From: Rhodospirillaceae bacterium
Lineage (GTDB): Bacteria > Pseudomonadota > Alphaproteobacteria > GCA-2731375
Assembly (NCBI GenBank): GCA_018667855.1
Contig: JABIRL010000145.1
Span: forward strand, 151-64,150
DNA length: 64,000 bases
Direction of reading: 5' to 3'
Below are positions 36,829 through 46,289 of the stretch, one piece after another (position 1 is the first letter of the stretch; each line of letters opens with the position of its first letter). The notes under the pieces were generated by a model. That model was not told the origin of the DNA, ran no database searches, and was given only the letters and a program-made list of their open reading frames with translations. The translations under genes were made by a program, and so were the position numbers.

Positions 36829-37260
36829 CTAAACCGCCTCGGCGGCGACCATGTTGTCCAATCGGGCAATGCGATGGTAGAGGCGTTCGCTGCGCCGCAG
36901 CAGATCACACAAATAGGGCGGCAACAGCTCAAGGTCCAATTCGCCTTCATTGAAGCAGACGTCGCCGCCGCCCAGGCGCCAGGTATCCTGGCGTACTTCC
37001 TCGCGGGTCAATTCGCCCTGATGGACGGCACGCTGGACCAAAAGCCAAGCCATCATGTTGGTCAGGCGGGAGGTCAGGCGCATGGTTTCAACCGAATAAT
37101 GGGCGGCGATTTCAACTGCCAGTTCACGGGATTCTTCCTCACCGTAGTCACGCAGATAATCACGCGCTTCCCGGGTCAGGGCCAGGGCTTCATCAAAGGT
37201 TCGGCCCAAGAATGCCATCGGCGATACGACGTTCGCCCCACTATTGTCACTACTGTCCAT
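36829..37260 (-). CDS. rcdA: DUF1465 protein, regulator of CtrA degradation RcdA
   Basis: FDEALAL..EA..YL, YSVETMRLTSRL..MMAWLL.QRAV..GE, LP...RSERLY.RIARLD; convergent with rpmE. Confidence 0.85.
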   Translation of the reverse strand: MDSSDNSGANVVSPMAFLGRTFDEALALTREARDYLRDYGEEESRELAVEIAAHYSVETMRLTSRLTNMMAWLLVQRAVHQGELTREEVRQDTWRLGGGDVCFNEGELDLELLPPYLCDLLRRSERLYHRIARLDNMVAAEAV

Positions 37261-37306
37261 GCGGCCAGTATGGCTCGAAAGGATTAACAAAATCAATTCC
37301 GCCGGA

Positions 37307-37336
37307 CTTGTAAATCACTTCGCCGCTTACCACATC
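37307..37336 (+). promoter_or_regulatory. Putative sigma32 (RpoH) promoter of ibpA
   Basis: CTTGTA-N17-CCACATC resembles the alphaproteobacterial CTTGAA...CCTATAT consensus. Confidence 0.55.
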
Positions 37337-37342
37337 AAAGCT

Positions 37343-37447
37343 GTCCGGATGCCCACAGCGGGTTCGGATTTACACGCGGACCTGGCCAATGATGGCAGGT
37401 CTTAGGAACCGTAAGGTATTGCTTCGAAAGGAGGGTATCGCGCCATG
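37343..37447 (+). ncRNA. ROSE-like RNA thermometer in the ibpA 5' UTR
   Basis: Hairpins at 37344-37368 and 37378-37402, then UUGCU (37419-37423) positioned to pair with the SD AGGAG (37429-37433). Confidence 0.7.
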
Positions 37448-37873
37448 CGTAGATACGATCTAGCACCATTGTTACGTTCATCCGTCGGCTTCGACCGTTT
37501 TGACCAGCTGTTTGATGCAGCCCGGCAAAGCGATGGCGGGGCCAACCCCTATCCCCCCTATAACATCGAAAAACTGGACGACAGCTACCGCATTTCCCTT
37601 GCCGTGGCGGGCTTCAGCGAAGGCGATGTTGAGATCACCGTGAAGGAAAATGTCCTTATCGTCGAGGGCAAGCCGTTGACTGAACGGGAAGACATTGCCT
37701 ACCTGCATCACGGGATCGCCGGTCGGGGATTCGAGCGCCGCTTCCAGTTGGCCGATAACGTCCAAGTTACTGGCGCCAAACTGGAAAACGGCTTGCTTCA
37801 CGTGGATCTTGAGCGTCATACGCCCGAGCATCTGAAGCCGCGACGTATTGAAATCGAAAAAGCGGCTGCCTAG
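37445..37873 (+). CDS. ibpA: Small heat-shock protein Hsp20
   Basis: SSVGFDR, YPPYNIE, YRISLAVAGF, YLHHGIA.R.FERRFQLAD, LENGLL. Confidence 0.95.
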   Translation: MRRYDLAPLLRSSVGFDRFDQLFDAARQSDGGANPYPPYNIEKLDDSYRISLAVAGFSEGDVEITVKENVLIVEGKPLTEREDIAYLHHGIAGRGFERRFQLADNVQVTGAKLENGLLHVDLERHTPEHLKPRRIEIEKAAA

Positions 37874-37897
37874 TCGGCGGCCTGCAATCCAGCAACC

Positions 37898-37935
37898 GGG
37901 CCCGCCATCCTGCGATGGCGGGCCCTTCTTGTTTT
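37898..37935 (+). terminator. Rho-independent terminator of ibpA
   Basis: GGGCCCGCCATC-ctgc-GATGGCGGGCCC followed by TTCTTGTTTT. Confidence 0.85.
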
Positions 37936-38003
37936 CGATGCAGTTGCCGCGATGGCGGGACAGCATCAAATCGCCCCCTTTACATTGTGTTAATAATCTA
38001 TAT

Positions 38004-38023
38004 ATATAAAAATATCTTTATGT
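38004..38023. promoter_or_regulatory. Palindromic operator upstream of sahR-metF-metH (SahR-type box)
   Basis: ATATAAAAATATCTTTATGT, a near-palindrome in an AT-rich promoter. Confidence 0.65.
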
Positions 38024-38074
38024 AGTGAATAAAACAGGTCGCGCGCCACCGGCGGCGATCCATGGGGCCTAAAT

Positions 38075-39016
38075 ATGGAATTGTTGCTGCAAGGACTGCG
38101 GGCCGCGGCGGAACCCACGCGGTTACGTCTGTTGGCGTTGTGTGCCCATGCGGAACTGACAGTGACGGAGTTGACCCAGATCTTGGGCCAAAGCCAGCCG
38201 CGGGTCTCGCGCCATTTGAAACTACTGTGCGACGCGGGGCTGCTGGAACGGCACCGGGAAGGGACCTGGGCCTATTATCGCTTGGCGGATACCTCCGATT
38301 GCGCCCATCTGGCCCGCACCCTGATCGATCTGGTGCCCGATTGCGATGATGGCCTGGCGCGGGATTTGAGCCGCCTTTCGGCGATCAAGCAGACCAGAGC
38401 GGCGACGGCCGCGGAATATTTTCGCGCCAATGCGGACCGCTGGGACGAGATCCGCTCTCTCTATGTACCGGAACAAGAAGTTGAAGCGGCTTTGCTGAAG
38501 GTGATCGGCGACCAACCCATCAACGATTTTCTGGACATTGGAACCGGGACGGGCCGCATACTTGAAGTTTTCGCACCCCGTATCAATCGGGGCACGGGCA
38601 TCGATCTGTCACACGAAATGCTGCAAGTGGCCCGTGCAAAATTGGAACAGGCCGGCCATCGCCATTGCCAGGTCCGCCATGGCGATATGTACAATCTGCA
38701 ACTGCCGGTCGATGAATTTGATGTGGTGGTCTTGCATCAGGTCCTGCACTACGCGGAAGAACCTGGCGCGGTCTTATCAGAGGCGGCGCAAACCCTGCGG
38801 CCGGGCGGGCGCCTTCTTGTGGTGGACTTCGCGGCTCATGACCAGGAATTTCTGCGCACCGAGCATCAACATCGCTGGTTAGGCTTTGAGCCCGATCAAG
38901 TGGGCGACTGGTGTGCGGCCCAGGGATTAGAGGTGCGGGCGCCGATCGAGCTGGCCGGCAGTCGCTTGACGGTTCTGATCTGGCTTGCCGCGCGCAAGGG
39001 GGAATTATCGTCATGA
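38075..39016 (+). CDS. sahR: ArsR-HTH plus methyltransferase-domain regulator (SahR type)
   Basis: AEPTRLRLL, SQPRVSRHLK HTH; LDIGTGTG SAM motif, HQVLHY; first gene of the metF-metH operon. Confidence 0.85.
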   Translation: MELLLQGLRAAAEPTRLRLLALCAHAELTVTELTQILGQSQPRVSRHLKLLCDAGLLERHREGTWAYYRLADTSDCAHLARTLIDLVPDCDDGLARDLSRLSAIKQTRAATAAEYFRANADRWDEIRSLYVPEQEVEAALLKVIGDQPINDFLDIGTGTGRILEVFAPRINRGTGIDLSHEMLQVARAKLEQAGHRHCQVRHGDMYNLQLPVDEFDVVVLHQVLHYAEEPGAVLSEAAQTLRPGGRLLVVDFAAHDQEFLRTEHQHRWLGFEPDQVGDWCAAQGLEVRAPIELAGSRLTVLIWLAARKGELSS

Positions 39017-39942
39017 CACCAGCTGTTCAGGACAATCGCGTCGTTTCGTCCGCCGCAATGGGGGGCATGGGGCCGTTGTCGGTCTCTTTCGAATTCTTTC
39101 CACCCAAGACCGACGCCATGGCGGAAAATCTCTGGCGCGCCATGGAGCGTTTGCGCCCCCTGCATCCGGCCTTTGTGTCCGTTACTTATGGTGCCGGCGG
39201 CAGCACCCGCCAACGTACCCACGACACGGTCAGCCGTATCCAGAACGAGGGTGGATTGCCCTGCGCGGCCCATCTGACGTGCGTCGGCGCCAGCCGGAAC
39301 GAAGTCAATAAAGTCGCTCAGGCCTACTGGGATGCCGGCATCCGGCATTTGGTCGCCCTGCGCGGTGATCCGCCGGAAGGCGAAGAGGAATATCAGAACC
39401 ATCCGGACGGCTATCTGAATGCGGCCGAGTTGGTGGCGGGATTGCGAGATGTTGCAGACTTCGAGATTTCCGTCGCCGCCTACCCCGAGATGCACCCGAA
39501 TTCCCCTTCCAGCCAGGCGGATTTAGACAATCTGAAGCGCAAGATCGATGCCGGCGCCAATCGCGCCATCACGCAGTTTTTCTTTGATGCCGACACCTAT
39601 CTGCGTTTTCTGGAACGGGCCCGCGCGGCGGGGATCTGGGTGCCGATCGTGCCGGGTATCCTGCCGGTCAGCAATTTCGTGCAGGCCAACCGTATCGCCA
39701 AGGCCTGTGGCACTGCCATACCGGCCTGGATGACACATTTATTCGAGGGTCTGGAAGATGATCCCGAAACCCGGCGCATGGTGGCCGTGACAGTGGCGGC
39801 TCAACAATGCCAAAAACTGCAAACCGCCGGCGTCACCGATTTTCATTTTTATACATTGAACAGAGCCGATCTGACGTACGCGATTTGCCACATACTGGGC
39901 CTGCGTCCGCAAGGTGAACAGCCAGGAGAGACAGCCCCATGA
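39013..39942 (+). CDS. metF: 5,10-methylenetetrahydrofolate reductase
   Basis: SFEFFPPK, SVTYGAGG, AHLTC, ALRGD, ITQFFF, FHFYTLN. Confidence 0.97.
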   Translation: MTPAVQDNRVVSSAAMGGMGPLSVSFEFFPPKTDAMAENLWRAMERLRPLHPAFVSVTYGAGGSTRQRTHDTVSRIQNEGGLPCAAHLTCVGASRNEVNKVAQAYWDAGIRHLVALRGDPPEGEEEYQNHPDGYLNAAELVAGLRDVADFEISVAAYPEMHPNSPSSQADLDNLKRKIDAGANRAITQFFFDADTYLRFLERARAAGIWVPIVPGILPVSNFVQANRIAKACGTAIPAWMTHLFEGLEDDPETRRMVAVTVAAQQCQKLQTAGVTDFHFYTLNRADLTYAICHILGLRPQGEQPGETAP

Positions 39943-42900
39943 CCAATATTTTGGAACATCTGCGTGAGGAGGTGTTGCTGTGCGACGGCGCCATGGGCAG
40001 CCGCCTGCAACAGGCCGATCTGGATATCGAGATTGATTTCCTGGGCCAGGAGAACTGCTCGGAAATTCTGAACATCAGCCGCCCGGACATCATCCGCGAA
40101 ATCCAGGCCGGCTTCGTTGCCGCCGGCTCTGACATTCTGTTGACCAATACCTTTGGCGGCTCCCCTATCACCCTGGCGGAATTCGACCTGCAGGACCGGG
40201 CCCATGAAATCAACAAACGGGCCGCGGAACTGGCCCGCGAGGCCCTGGCTGAGTTCAGCCGTGACGGTGTGCAGCGCTACGTGCTGGGCGATATTGGGCC
40301 CGGCACCAAACTACCCAGCCTGGGCCAGATCGACTATGACGAGTTGGAAGCCGCGTTGGCGGTGCAGACGGCGGGTCTGTTGGCGGGGGGCGTCGACGGC
40401 ATTATGATCGAGACCGTACAGGACATCATGCAGCTGAAGGCGGCTGTGAACGGTGCTCGGGTCGCCTTTGCCGAGGCCGGGCGCGAAGTGCCGCTGCTGA
40501 CACAGGTCACCGTGGAAACCAACGGCACTCTGCTGGTGGGCACGGACATCGCCGGCGCGGCGACGGTCATTCATGCCCTTGGGGTGGAGGCCATGGGCTT
40601 GAATTGCGCCACCGGTCCGCGGGAGATGGCGGAGCATGTGCGCTGGTTGTCAGAACAATGGCCCGGCGTCATATCCATCCAGCCGAACGCCGGGTTGCCG
40701 GAACTGGTGGATGGCAACCCCAGCTATCCCCTGTCGGCCGAGGAACTCGCCGATTGGGCCAAGCGGTTCGTGGTCGAGGATGGCGTCAACATGATTGGCG
40801 GTTGCTGCGGTACCGTTACGACGCATATCAAGGCCTTGCACGATATGCTGGAGGGTCTGGGCCAGGGCCGGCGGCCGAAGCCCGGCAACCGGGCCTCCGA
40901 ATGGGTGCCGGGCCTTGCCTCCCTATACGGGCAAATTCCCTACCGTCAGGAAAATGCCTATCTCTCCATCGGCGAGCGCTGCAATGCCAACGGCTCAAAG
41001 AAATTCCGCGAATTGCAGGAAGCCGAGGATTGGGACGGTTGTATCGCCATGGGCCGGGAGCAGGCCAAGGAAGGCTCCCATGCGCTTGATCTTTGCACCG
41101 CTTTCGTGGGTCGGGATGAACTTTCAGATATGAGTGCCATGGTCAGCCGTATGCGCGGCGCCGTGCACGCGCCATTGGTCATCGATTCAACGGAATTTCC
41201 CGTGCTTGAGGGCGCCTTGAAACTATACGGTGGCAAGGCCCTGATCAATTCCATCAATTTCGAGGATGGGGAGGAGCCGGCGGCGAAGCGCCTCCGCCTG
41301 GCGCGAAAATTCGGCTGCGGCGTCATTGCCCTGACCATTGATGAAGAGGGCATGGCGAAAACCACCGACGAGAAAGTAAAATTGGCGCATCGGTTGCATG
41401 ACTATGCTGTCAACCAGCACGGCCTGCCGTCGAGTGATTTGTTGTTCGATCCTTTGACATTTACAATTTGCACCGGCAATGAAGATGACCGCCGCCTCGG
41501 TCTGGAAACCCTGGACGCCATCGAGCGGATTTCCAAGGAACTGCCCGAATGTCAGATCATTCTGGGCCTTTCCAACATCTCCTTCGGCCTGAAGCCGGCG
41601 GCGCGCCATGTGCTGAATTCGGTTTATTTGCAACATGCCCTGGATCGCGGCATGACCGGCGCCATCGTGCATCTTTCGAAAATCCTGCCCCTGCATTCCA
41701 TTCCGGAGGAAGAGGTCAAGGTGGCGGAGGATCTGATCTATGACCGCCGCGCCGAGGGCTATGACCCCCTGCATGCCTTCATCGCCCTGTACCAGGACCG
41801 CACGGCGGCGAAGGTAGTGAAGGAACGCCCGGCGGAGGTCGAGGAACGGCTGAAATTGCGCATCATTGATGGTGACCGCCCCGGTCTGGAAGAGGACCTG
41901 GACGAGGCCATGGAAGAACATGCGCCGTTGAAAATCGTCAACGATATTTTGCTGGGCGGCATGAAAGTGGTAGGCGAATTATTTGGCTCCGGCCAGATGC
42001 AATTGCCGTTCGTGCTGCAGTCAGCGGAAACCATGAAGGCCTCGGTCGCCTATCTGGAACCGCATATGGAGCGTACCGCCGATAGCCAGAAGGGCACCAT
42101 CGTGCTGGCCACGGTGAAGGGCGACGTGCACGATATCGGCAAGAACCTTGTGGATATAATCTTGACCAACAATGGCTACCGGGTAGTGAACCTCGGCATT
42201 AAGCAGCCCATCGGCGCCATCATGGAGGCGGTGAAGGAACATGACGCCGACGCCGTGGGTATGTCCGGCCTGTTAGTCAAGTCGACCACCATCATGCGCG
42301 AAAATCTCGAAGAAATGTCCCGCCAGCAGATCAATTTGCCGGTCATGTTGGGCGGTGCCGCCCTGACCCGTGGTTTTGTTGAGGAAGATTGCGCCCAGGC
42401 CTATGCCGCTGCCTCCGGCCGCGTGGCCTATGCCCGCGATGCCTTCGACGGCCTGGATATCATGGGCAAAGTGGTGGACGGCGTCTTCGATGACTATATC
42501 GCCGAACGGGACAGCAAACGCGAGGGCCGTCCCACCAACAAACGCCGCAAACTGGGCCAGCCCACATTGATGCCGCGGCCGCTGGATCTGGAAGAGGTCC
42601 GCACCCGGCGCGAGGAACTGCACAAAGGCGTCGCCGTGCCCGAAGCGCCGTTTTTCGGTCACCGCATTATTGAGCAGGTCGGGATCAAATCCCTGCTGCC
42701 TTATTTGAACGAGCGCATGCTGTATCAATTTCATTGGGGCTACCGCAAGCGCGGCCGCGCCCTGAAGGAATATATGGAATGGGCGAGGGGAGAGGTAAAG
42801 CCGATCCTGACCGATCTGGTGGCCCGCTGCGAGGCGGAGAATATTTTGCAGCCGCAAGCGGTCTACGGCTATTTCCCCGCCGCCAGTGACGGCGATGATC

Positions 42901-43427
42901 TGGTGCTGTTCGGCCCGGACGGCGGTGATGAGGTGGCCCGGTTCGCGCTGCCCCGGCAGGATCGCGCGGGCGGGCTGTGCATCGCCGATTTTTTCCGCGA
43001 AGCGGACAGCGGCGCGCGGGACGTGATCGCGCTACAGGCCGTGACGGTGGGTCAGCACGCCTCCGAAGTGGCGCGGCAATGGTTCGATGATGACCGTTAT
43101 CAGGATTATCTGTATCTGCACGGCCTGGGCGTCGAGATGGCGGAGGCCATGGCGGAATATGTGCACAAACGGGTGCGGGGCGAGTTGGGCTTCGGCGATC
43201 AGGACGCGCGCGACAACGATGCCCTGTTGAACCAGGGTTATCGCGGCTCCCGCTATTCGTTCGGCTATCCGGCCTGCCCGACTATGTCGGATCAGCGCAA
43301 GATCCTTGATCTGCTGGGGGCGGACCGTATCGGTCTGGTCATGGGTGATGAGGATCAGCTGCATCCCGAACAATCCACGTCAGCCATCATCGTGCATCAC
43401 CCGCAAGCCAAGTACTTCAGCGTTTAG
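39939..43427 (+). CDS. metH: Cobalamin-dependent methionine synthase
   Basis: DGAMG, GLNC, GGCCGT, GERCNANGS, VKGDVHDIGKN B12 motif, RYSFGYPACP. Confidence 0.97.
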   Translation: MTNILEHLREEVLLCDGAMGSRLQQADLDIEIDFLGQENCSEILNISRPDIIREIQAGFVAAGSDILLTNTFGGSPITLAEFDLQDRAHEINKRAAELAREALAEFSRDGVQRYVLGDIGPGTKLPSLGQIDYDELEAALAVQTAGLLAGGVDGIMIETVQDIMQLKAAVNGARVAFAEAGREVPLLTQVTVETNGTLLVGTDIAGAATVIHALGVEAMGLNCATGPREMAEHVRWLSEQWPGVISIQPNAGLPELVDGNPSYPLSAEELADWAKRFVVEDGVNMIGGCCGTVTTHIKALHDMLEGLGQGRRPKPGNRASEWVPGLASLYGQIPYRQENAYLSIGERCNANGSKKFRELQEAEDWDGCIAMGREQAKEGSHALDLCTAFVGRDELSDMSAMVSRMRGAVHAPLVIDSTEFPVLEGALKLYGGKALINSINFEDGEEPAAKRLRLARKFGCGVIALTIDEEGMAKTTDEKVKLAHRLHDYAVNQHGLPSSDLLFDPLTFTICTGNEDDRRLGLETLDAIERISKELPECQIILGLSNISFGLKPAARHVLNSVYLQHALDRGMTGAIVHLSKILPLHSIPEEEVKVAEDLIYDRRAEGYDPLHAFIALYQDRTAAKVVKERPAEVEERLKLRIIDGDRPGLEEDLDEAMEEHAPLKIVNDILLGGMKVVGELFGSGQMQLPFVLQSAETMKASVAYLEPHMERTADSQKGTIVLATVKGDVHDIGKNLVDIILTNNGYRVVNLGIKQPIGAIMEAVKEHDADAVGMSGLLVKSTTIMRENLEEMSRQQINLPVMLGGAALTRGFVEEDCAQAYAAASGRVAYARDAFDGLDIMGKVVDGVFDDYIAERDSKREGRPTNKRRKLGQPTLMPRPLDLEEVRTRREELHKGVAVPEAPFFGHRIIEQVGIKSLLPYLNERMLYQFHWGYRKRGRALKEYMEWARGEVKPILTDLVARCEAENILQPQAVYGYFPAASDGDDLVLFGPDGGDEVARFALPRQDRAGGLCIADFFREADSGARDVIALQAVTVGQHASEVARQWFDDDRYQDYLYLHGLGVEMAEAMAEYVHKRVRGELGFGDQDARDNDALLNQGYRGSRYSFGYPACPTMSDQRKILDLLGADRIGLVMGDEDQLHPEQSTSAIIVHHPQAKYFSV

Positions 43428-43429
43428 GC

Positions 43430-44626
43430 CTATGTGGTTTGTTCCGTCAATCGCTTCAGAGGTTGGTCGCTGATGGGCCAGTGCAGGGCGGCGGCCATCA
43501 GGCCAAGGGCGACCGAAATGGCCCACATCAAATCGTACGACCCGGTCATGTCGTAGATCACGCCACCCAGCCAAGCGCCGGAAAATCCGCCGATCTGATG
43601 ACTCATGAACACAACACCGAACAACATGGAAAAATGACGGGTGCCAAATACCTGCGCGACGATACCGCTGGTCAGGGGTACTGTCGCCAGCCATAGAAGG
43701 CCTAGTGTCGCGCCGAATATCAGCGCCGTCACATCATTGATCGGTATGAACAGCATGGTGGTCATGACCACCGCCCGCAGGGCATAGATCAAGGTTAGTA
43801 CGTTCTTCTTGCGGAACCGATCGCCCGCCGCGCCGAAACTGTAGGCGCCTATGATATTGAGCAAGCCAATAACGCCCAAGGCATATGCCGCCGCGGTGAG
43901 TGACACATCATTGTCCGCCAGATAGGCGGGGAAATGGGTTGCGATGAAGGTCACATGAAAGCCGCAAACAAAAAAACCGGCGGCCAGTAGCACATAGCCC
44001 GAATGACCGCGCGCCTCCCTGATCGCCTCGCGGAGCGATTGCCGGGAACTTTCGCTGATCGCCGAAGGATCGATCCGTAACCCCACGGTCACGATAGGGA
44101 TCACGGCCATCAGAATGGCCATGCCGACAAGGGTCTCGCGCCAGCCAAGGACATCCATCATGCCCTGGATGCCGGGGACGAAGAAAAACATACCGAGGGA
44201 GCCGGCCGCGATCACCGTGCCAAATACGACACCGCGCCGTTCATTTGGCACAACCTTGCCGACGGCGCCAAGAACGATGACCTGGGTGGCGCCGCTCAAC
44301 CCGAGACCTATCAAAATGCCGAGAGAGATATATAGATCGAGGGCGCTTGCGGCGAGGCTCATGAGCCATAGGCCCAGCGCATAGCAAAATGATCCGACCA
44401 CGATCACCTTCACCGCGCCATAACGGTCTGCCACCATACCCGCGATTGGTTGGACCAGGCCGAACAACAGGGTCTGTGTTGCGATAACCAGGCCAAAAAC
44501 CTGCCGGCTGATGTCCAAATCGACGGATATGGGGCGCAGAAATATCCCGAATGTCAGGCGCAGGCCGTTACTGGCCAAAACGATCAGGACGCCGCAAAGC
44601 ACCATGATCCACAATTGCCGTGTCAC
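43430..44626 (-). CDS. MFS transporter
   Basis: 12 hydrophobic segments, G..ADRYG motif A, GFFVCGFHV, HQIGGF.G. Confidence 0.92.
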   Translation of the reverse strand: MTRQLWIMVLCGVLIVLASNGLRLTFGIFLRPISVDLDISRQVFGLVIATQTLLFGLVQPIAGMVADRYGAVKVIVVGSFCYALGLWLMSLAASALDLYISLGILIGLGLSGATQVIVLGAVGKVVPNERRGVVFGTVIAAGSLGMFFFVPGIQGMMDVLGWRETLVGMAILMAVIPIVTVGLRIDPSAISESSRQSLREAIREARGHSGYVLLAAGFFVCGFHVTFIATHFPAYLADNDVSLTAAAYALGVIGLLNIIGAYSFGAAGDRFRKKNVLTLIYALRAVVMTTMLFIPINDVTALIFGATLGLLWLATVPLTSGIVAQVFGTRHFSMLFGVVFMSHQIGGFSGAWLGGVIYDMTGSYDLMWAISVALGLMAAALHWPISDQPLKRLTEQTT

Positions 44627-44665
44627 GAAATTTTATCTCCAACTGTGTTGTTCAAGTCGTACGGA

Positions 44666-45214
44666 TCAAATCGGCTCCGCGTCGATCAGAATTCCGGCCA
44701 GGATAGCCGGTTCGTCGCCGCGATTGACCCAGGCGTGATTGCTGCCCCGCTGAATTACGACATCCATGGGCTCCATGTCCACCTCGCCGTCATCCAGGAT
44801 CATACTGACCCGCCCAGACAACAGGATGATGTAGTCGACGGTATCGGTCTTATGCATGCCGGGTTGAGTGGAACCGCTGTCGTGGGCGCCGGTGGCGCCC
44901 ATCTTGGCGAAATTTTCCGCGTCGCGGCGGGCCCGCTCTTCGGCCCCGATGTCTCCATCCCAGGCGGCGGGGCGGATCTGGAAGAAACGAAAAACGCTGC
45001 CCTGGCTGGGCGGTGCCAGGGTGACCTGGGTGTCGGCGGCATCATCATTGCCACTGTTATCCGCCGGCGCGGCGAATGTGCGCCACAAATCCGTCAGGCC
45101 GCGACCTTCTTGCGTCGGGTTCTCCAGCACATGGGACGATGGGCCGTCGCTCAACACGATGGAATTTCCCGCGCTGTCATGGCCGGTAACGATCCGTCGA
45201 ACAGGTCTTAACAT
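44666..45214 (-). CDS. Cupin-domain protein
   Basis: RRIVTGHD..G, MHKTDTVDY..LSG, IQRGSNHAW. Confidence 0.9.
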   Translation of the reverse strand: MLRPVRRIVTGHDSAGNSIVLSDGPSSHVLENPTQEGRGLTDLWRTFAAPADNSGNDDAADTQVTLAPPSQGSVFRFFQIRPAAWDGDIGAEERARRDAENFAKMGATGAHDSGSTQPGMHKTDTVDYIILLSGRVSMILDDGEVDMEPMDVVIQRGSNHAWVNRGDEPAILAGILIDAEPI

Positions 45215-45303
45215 CCTGGCATCCCTTCAATACTTGAAAGGCGGCAAGGTCGCATGATTTCGCGATACCGGAAAGTCGAAAGCCACAAGTCAATAAAAAC
45301 CGC

Positions 45304-45341
45304 AAAAAAAGCCCCGCGTACCGTCAGGCAGGCGGGGCTTT
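45304..45341 (-). terminator. Rho-independent terminator (minus strand; weakly bidirectional)
   Basis: GCCCCGC-N14-GCGGGGC followed by T7 on the minus strand. Confidence 0.85.
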
Positions 45342-45486
45342 CTGTTTGATCCAATGGGGCTTGGTCACAGCACCGTATTAAGTCTGTCGATCCATCCCCA
45401 TCTCTCGACCACGAGATCGAGTTTTGGTTCGTTGCAAATGGTCAGGTGGCGTTACGTTCAATCGCCTCTCCCATAAGGTTTCGACG
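45304..45486 (-). ncRNA. Candidate structured sRNA or leader RNA (possibly with a 27-aa ORF)
   Basis: TTGCGT-N17-TAGCGT promoter (45520-45492), several hairpins, own terminator. Confidence 0.45.
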
Positions 45487-45540
45487 AAAAAACGCTATCG
45501 TATTATGTCAAATTACGCAAGTCGCAAAATCACCGCTGAA

Positions 45541-46236
45541 TCACCATTGAATGATTTCGCCGTCGTAATTTCGGAAGCCGCCGTTGTCCCCCGCGCCCAG
45601 CCCGGCGATGACATTACGGATACCGCCGGCGCTTTCCGCGGCCGAGATATCGGCGCTGGAGCCGCCCATGTCCGTGCGCACCCAACCGGGATGAAACGAT
45701 GTGGCGATGACGCCTTGCGAGCCCAGATCATTGGCCAGGATTTTCATCACCATATTCACGGCCGCCTTGGAGGAACGGTAGACAATGGAATTTGTCGCCG
45801 CGGTCTCGCCGATCGAACCCATGCGGGAAGAAATCGTGATCAGTTTTTTCTGCTCGGAAGCGGCGACATTATCCGCGAAGGCCTCGGCCACGCGCATGGG
45901 CCCCAACACATTGGTGACCATGCAACCTTGCCAGGCATCGTAATCGATATCGCCCCTGGCAGCATTGCGCTGCCCCATGATGCCGGCATTATTCAACAAC
46001 ACATCAAAGGGCTGGTCGCCCAACTCGGCCTTTAGGGCGGCAACGGACGCGGCCTGATCCACATCCAATTGATGCACGGTGACACGGCCATCGGAGTTGG
46101 CGGCGGTATCGGCTAATTCACTTGCTTGCCCAGGTGTGCGGCAGCAGGCGAAGACGCGCCAGCCGTCGGCATCGTACTGGCGAACGAATTCCAGTCCTAT
46201 GCCGCGCGAGGCGCCTGTAATCATGACAGTTTGCAT
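45541..46236 (-). CDS. SDR oxidoreductase (C-factor/CsgA-like)
   Basis: TGASRGIG, NNAG, SSRMGSI, YRSSKAA, HPGWVRTDMGG. Confidence 0.92.
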   Translation of the reverse strand: MQTVMITGASRGIGLEFVRQYDADGWRVFACCRTPGQASELADTAANSDGRVTVHQLDVDQAASVAALKAELGDQPFDVLLNNAGIMGQRNAARGDIDYDAWQGCMVTNVLGPMRVAEAFADNVAASEQKKLITISSRMGSIGETAATNSIVYRSSKAAVNMVMKILANDLGSQGVIATSFHPGWVRTDMGGSSADISAAESAGGIRNVIAGLGAGDNGGFRNYDGEIIQW

Positions 46237-46289
46237 GGGGGGAACTTAGAAGAATTCCGCGCAACTTGAAACCGTCGCGATTGCCGCGA

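Noticed and set aside
36780-37300. CtrA boxes around rcdA
   Set aside because: Only TTAAC half-sites; no TTAA-N7-TTAA match
45400-45475. Glycine riboswitch (GGAGAG start)
   Set aside because: The CCGAAG and CUCUCAGG core motifs are missing
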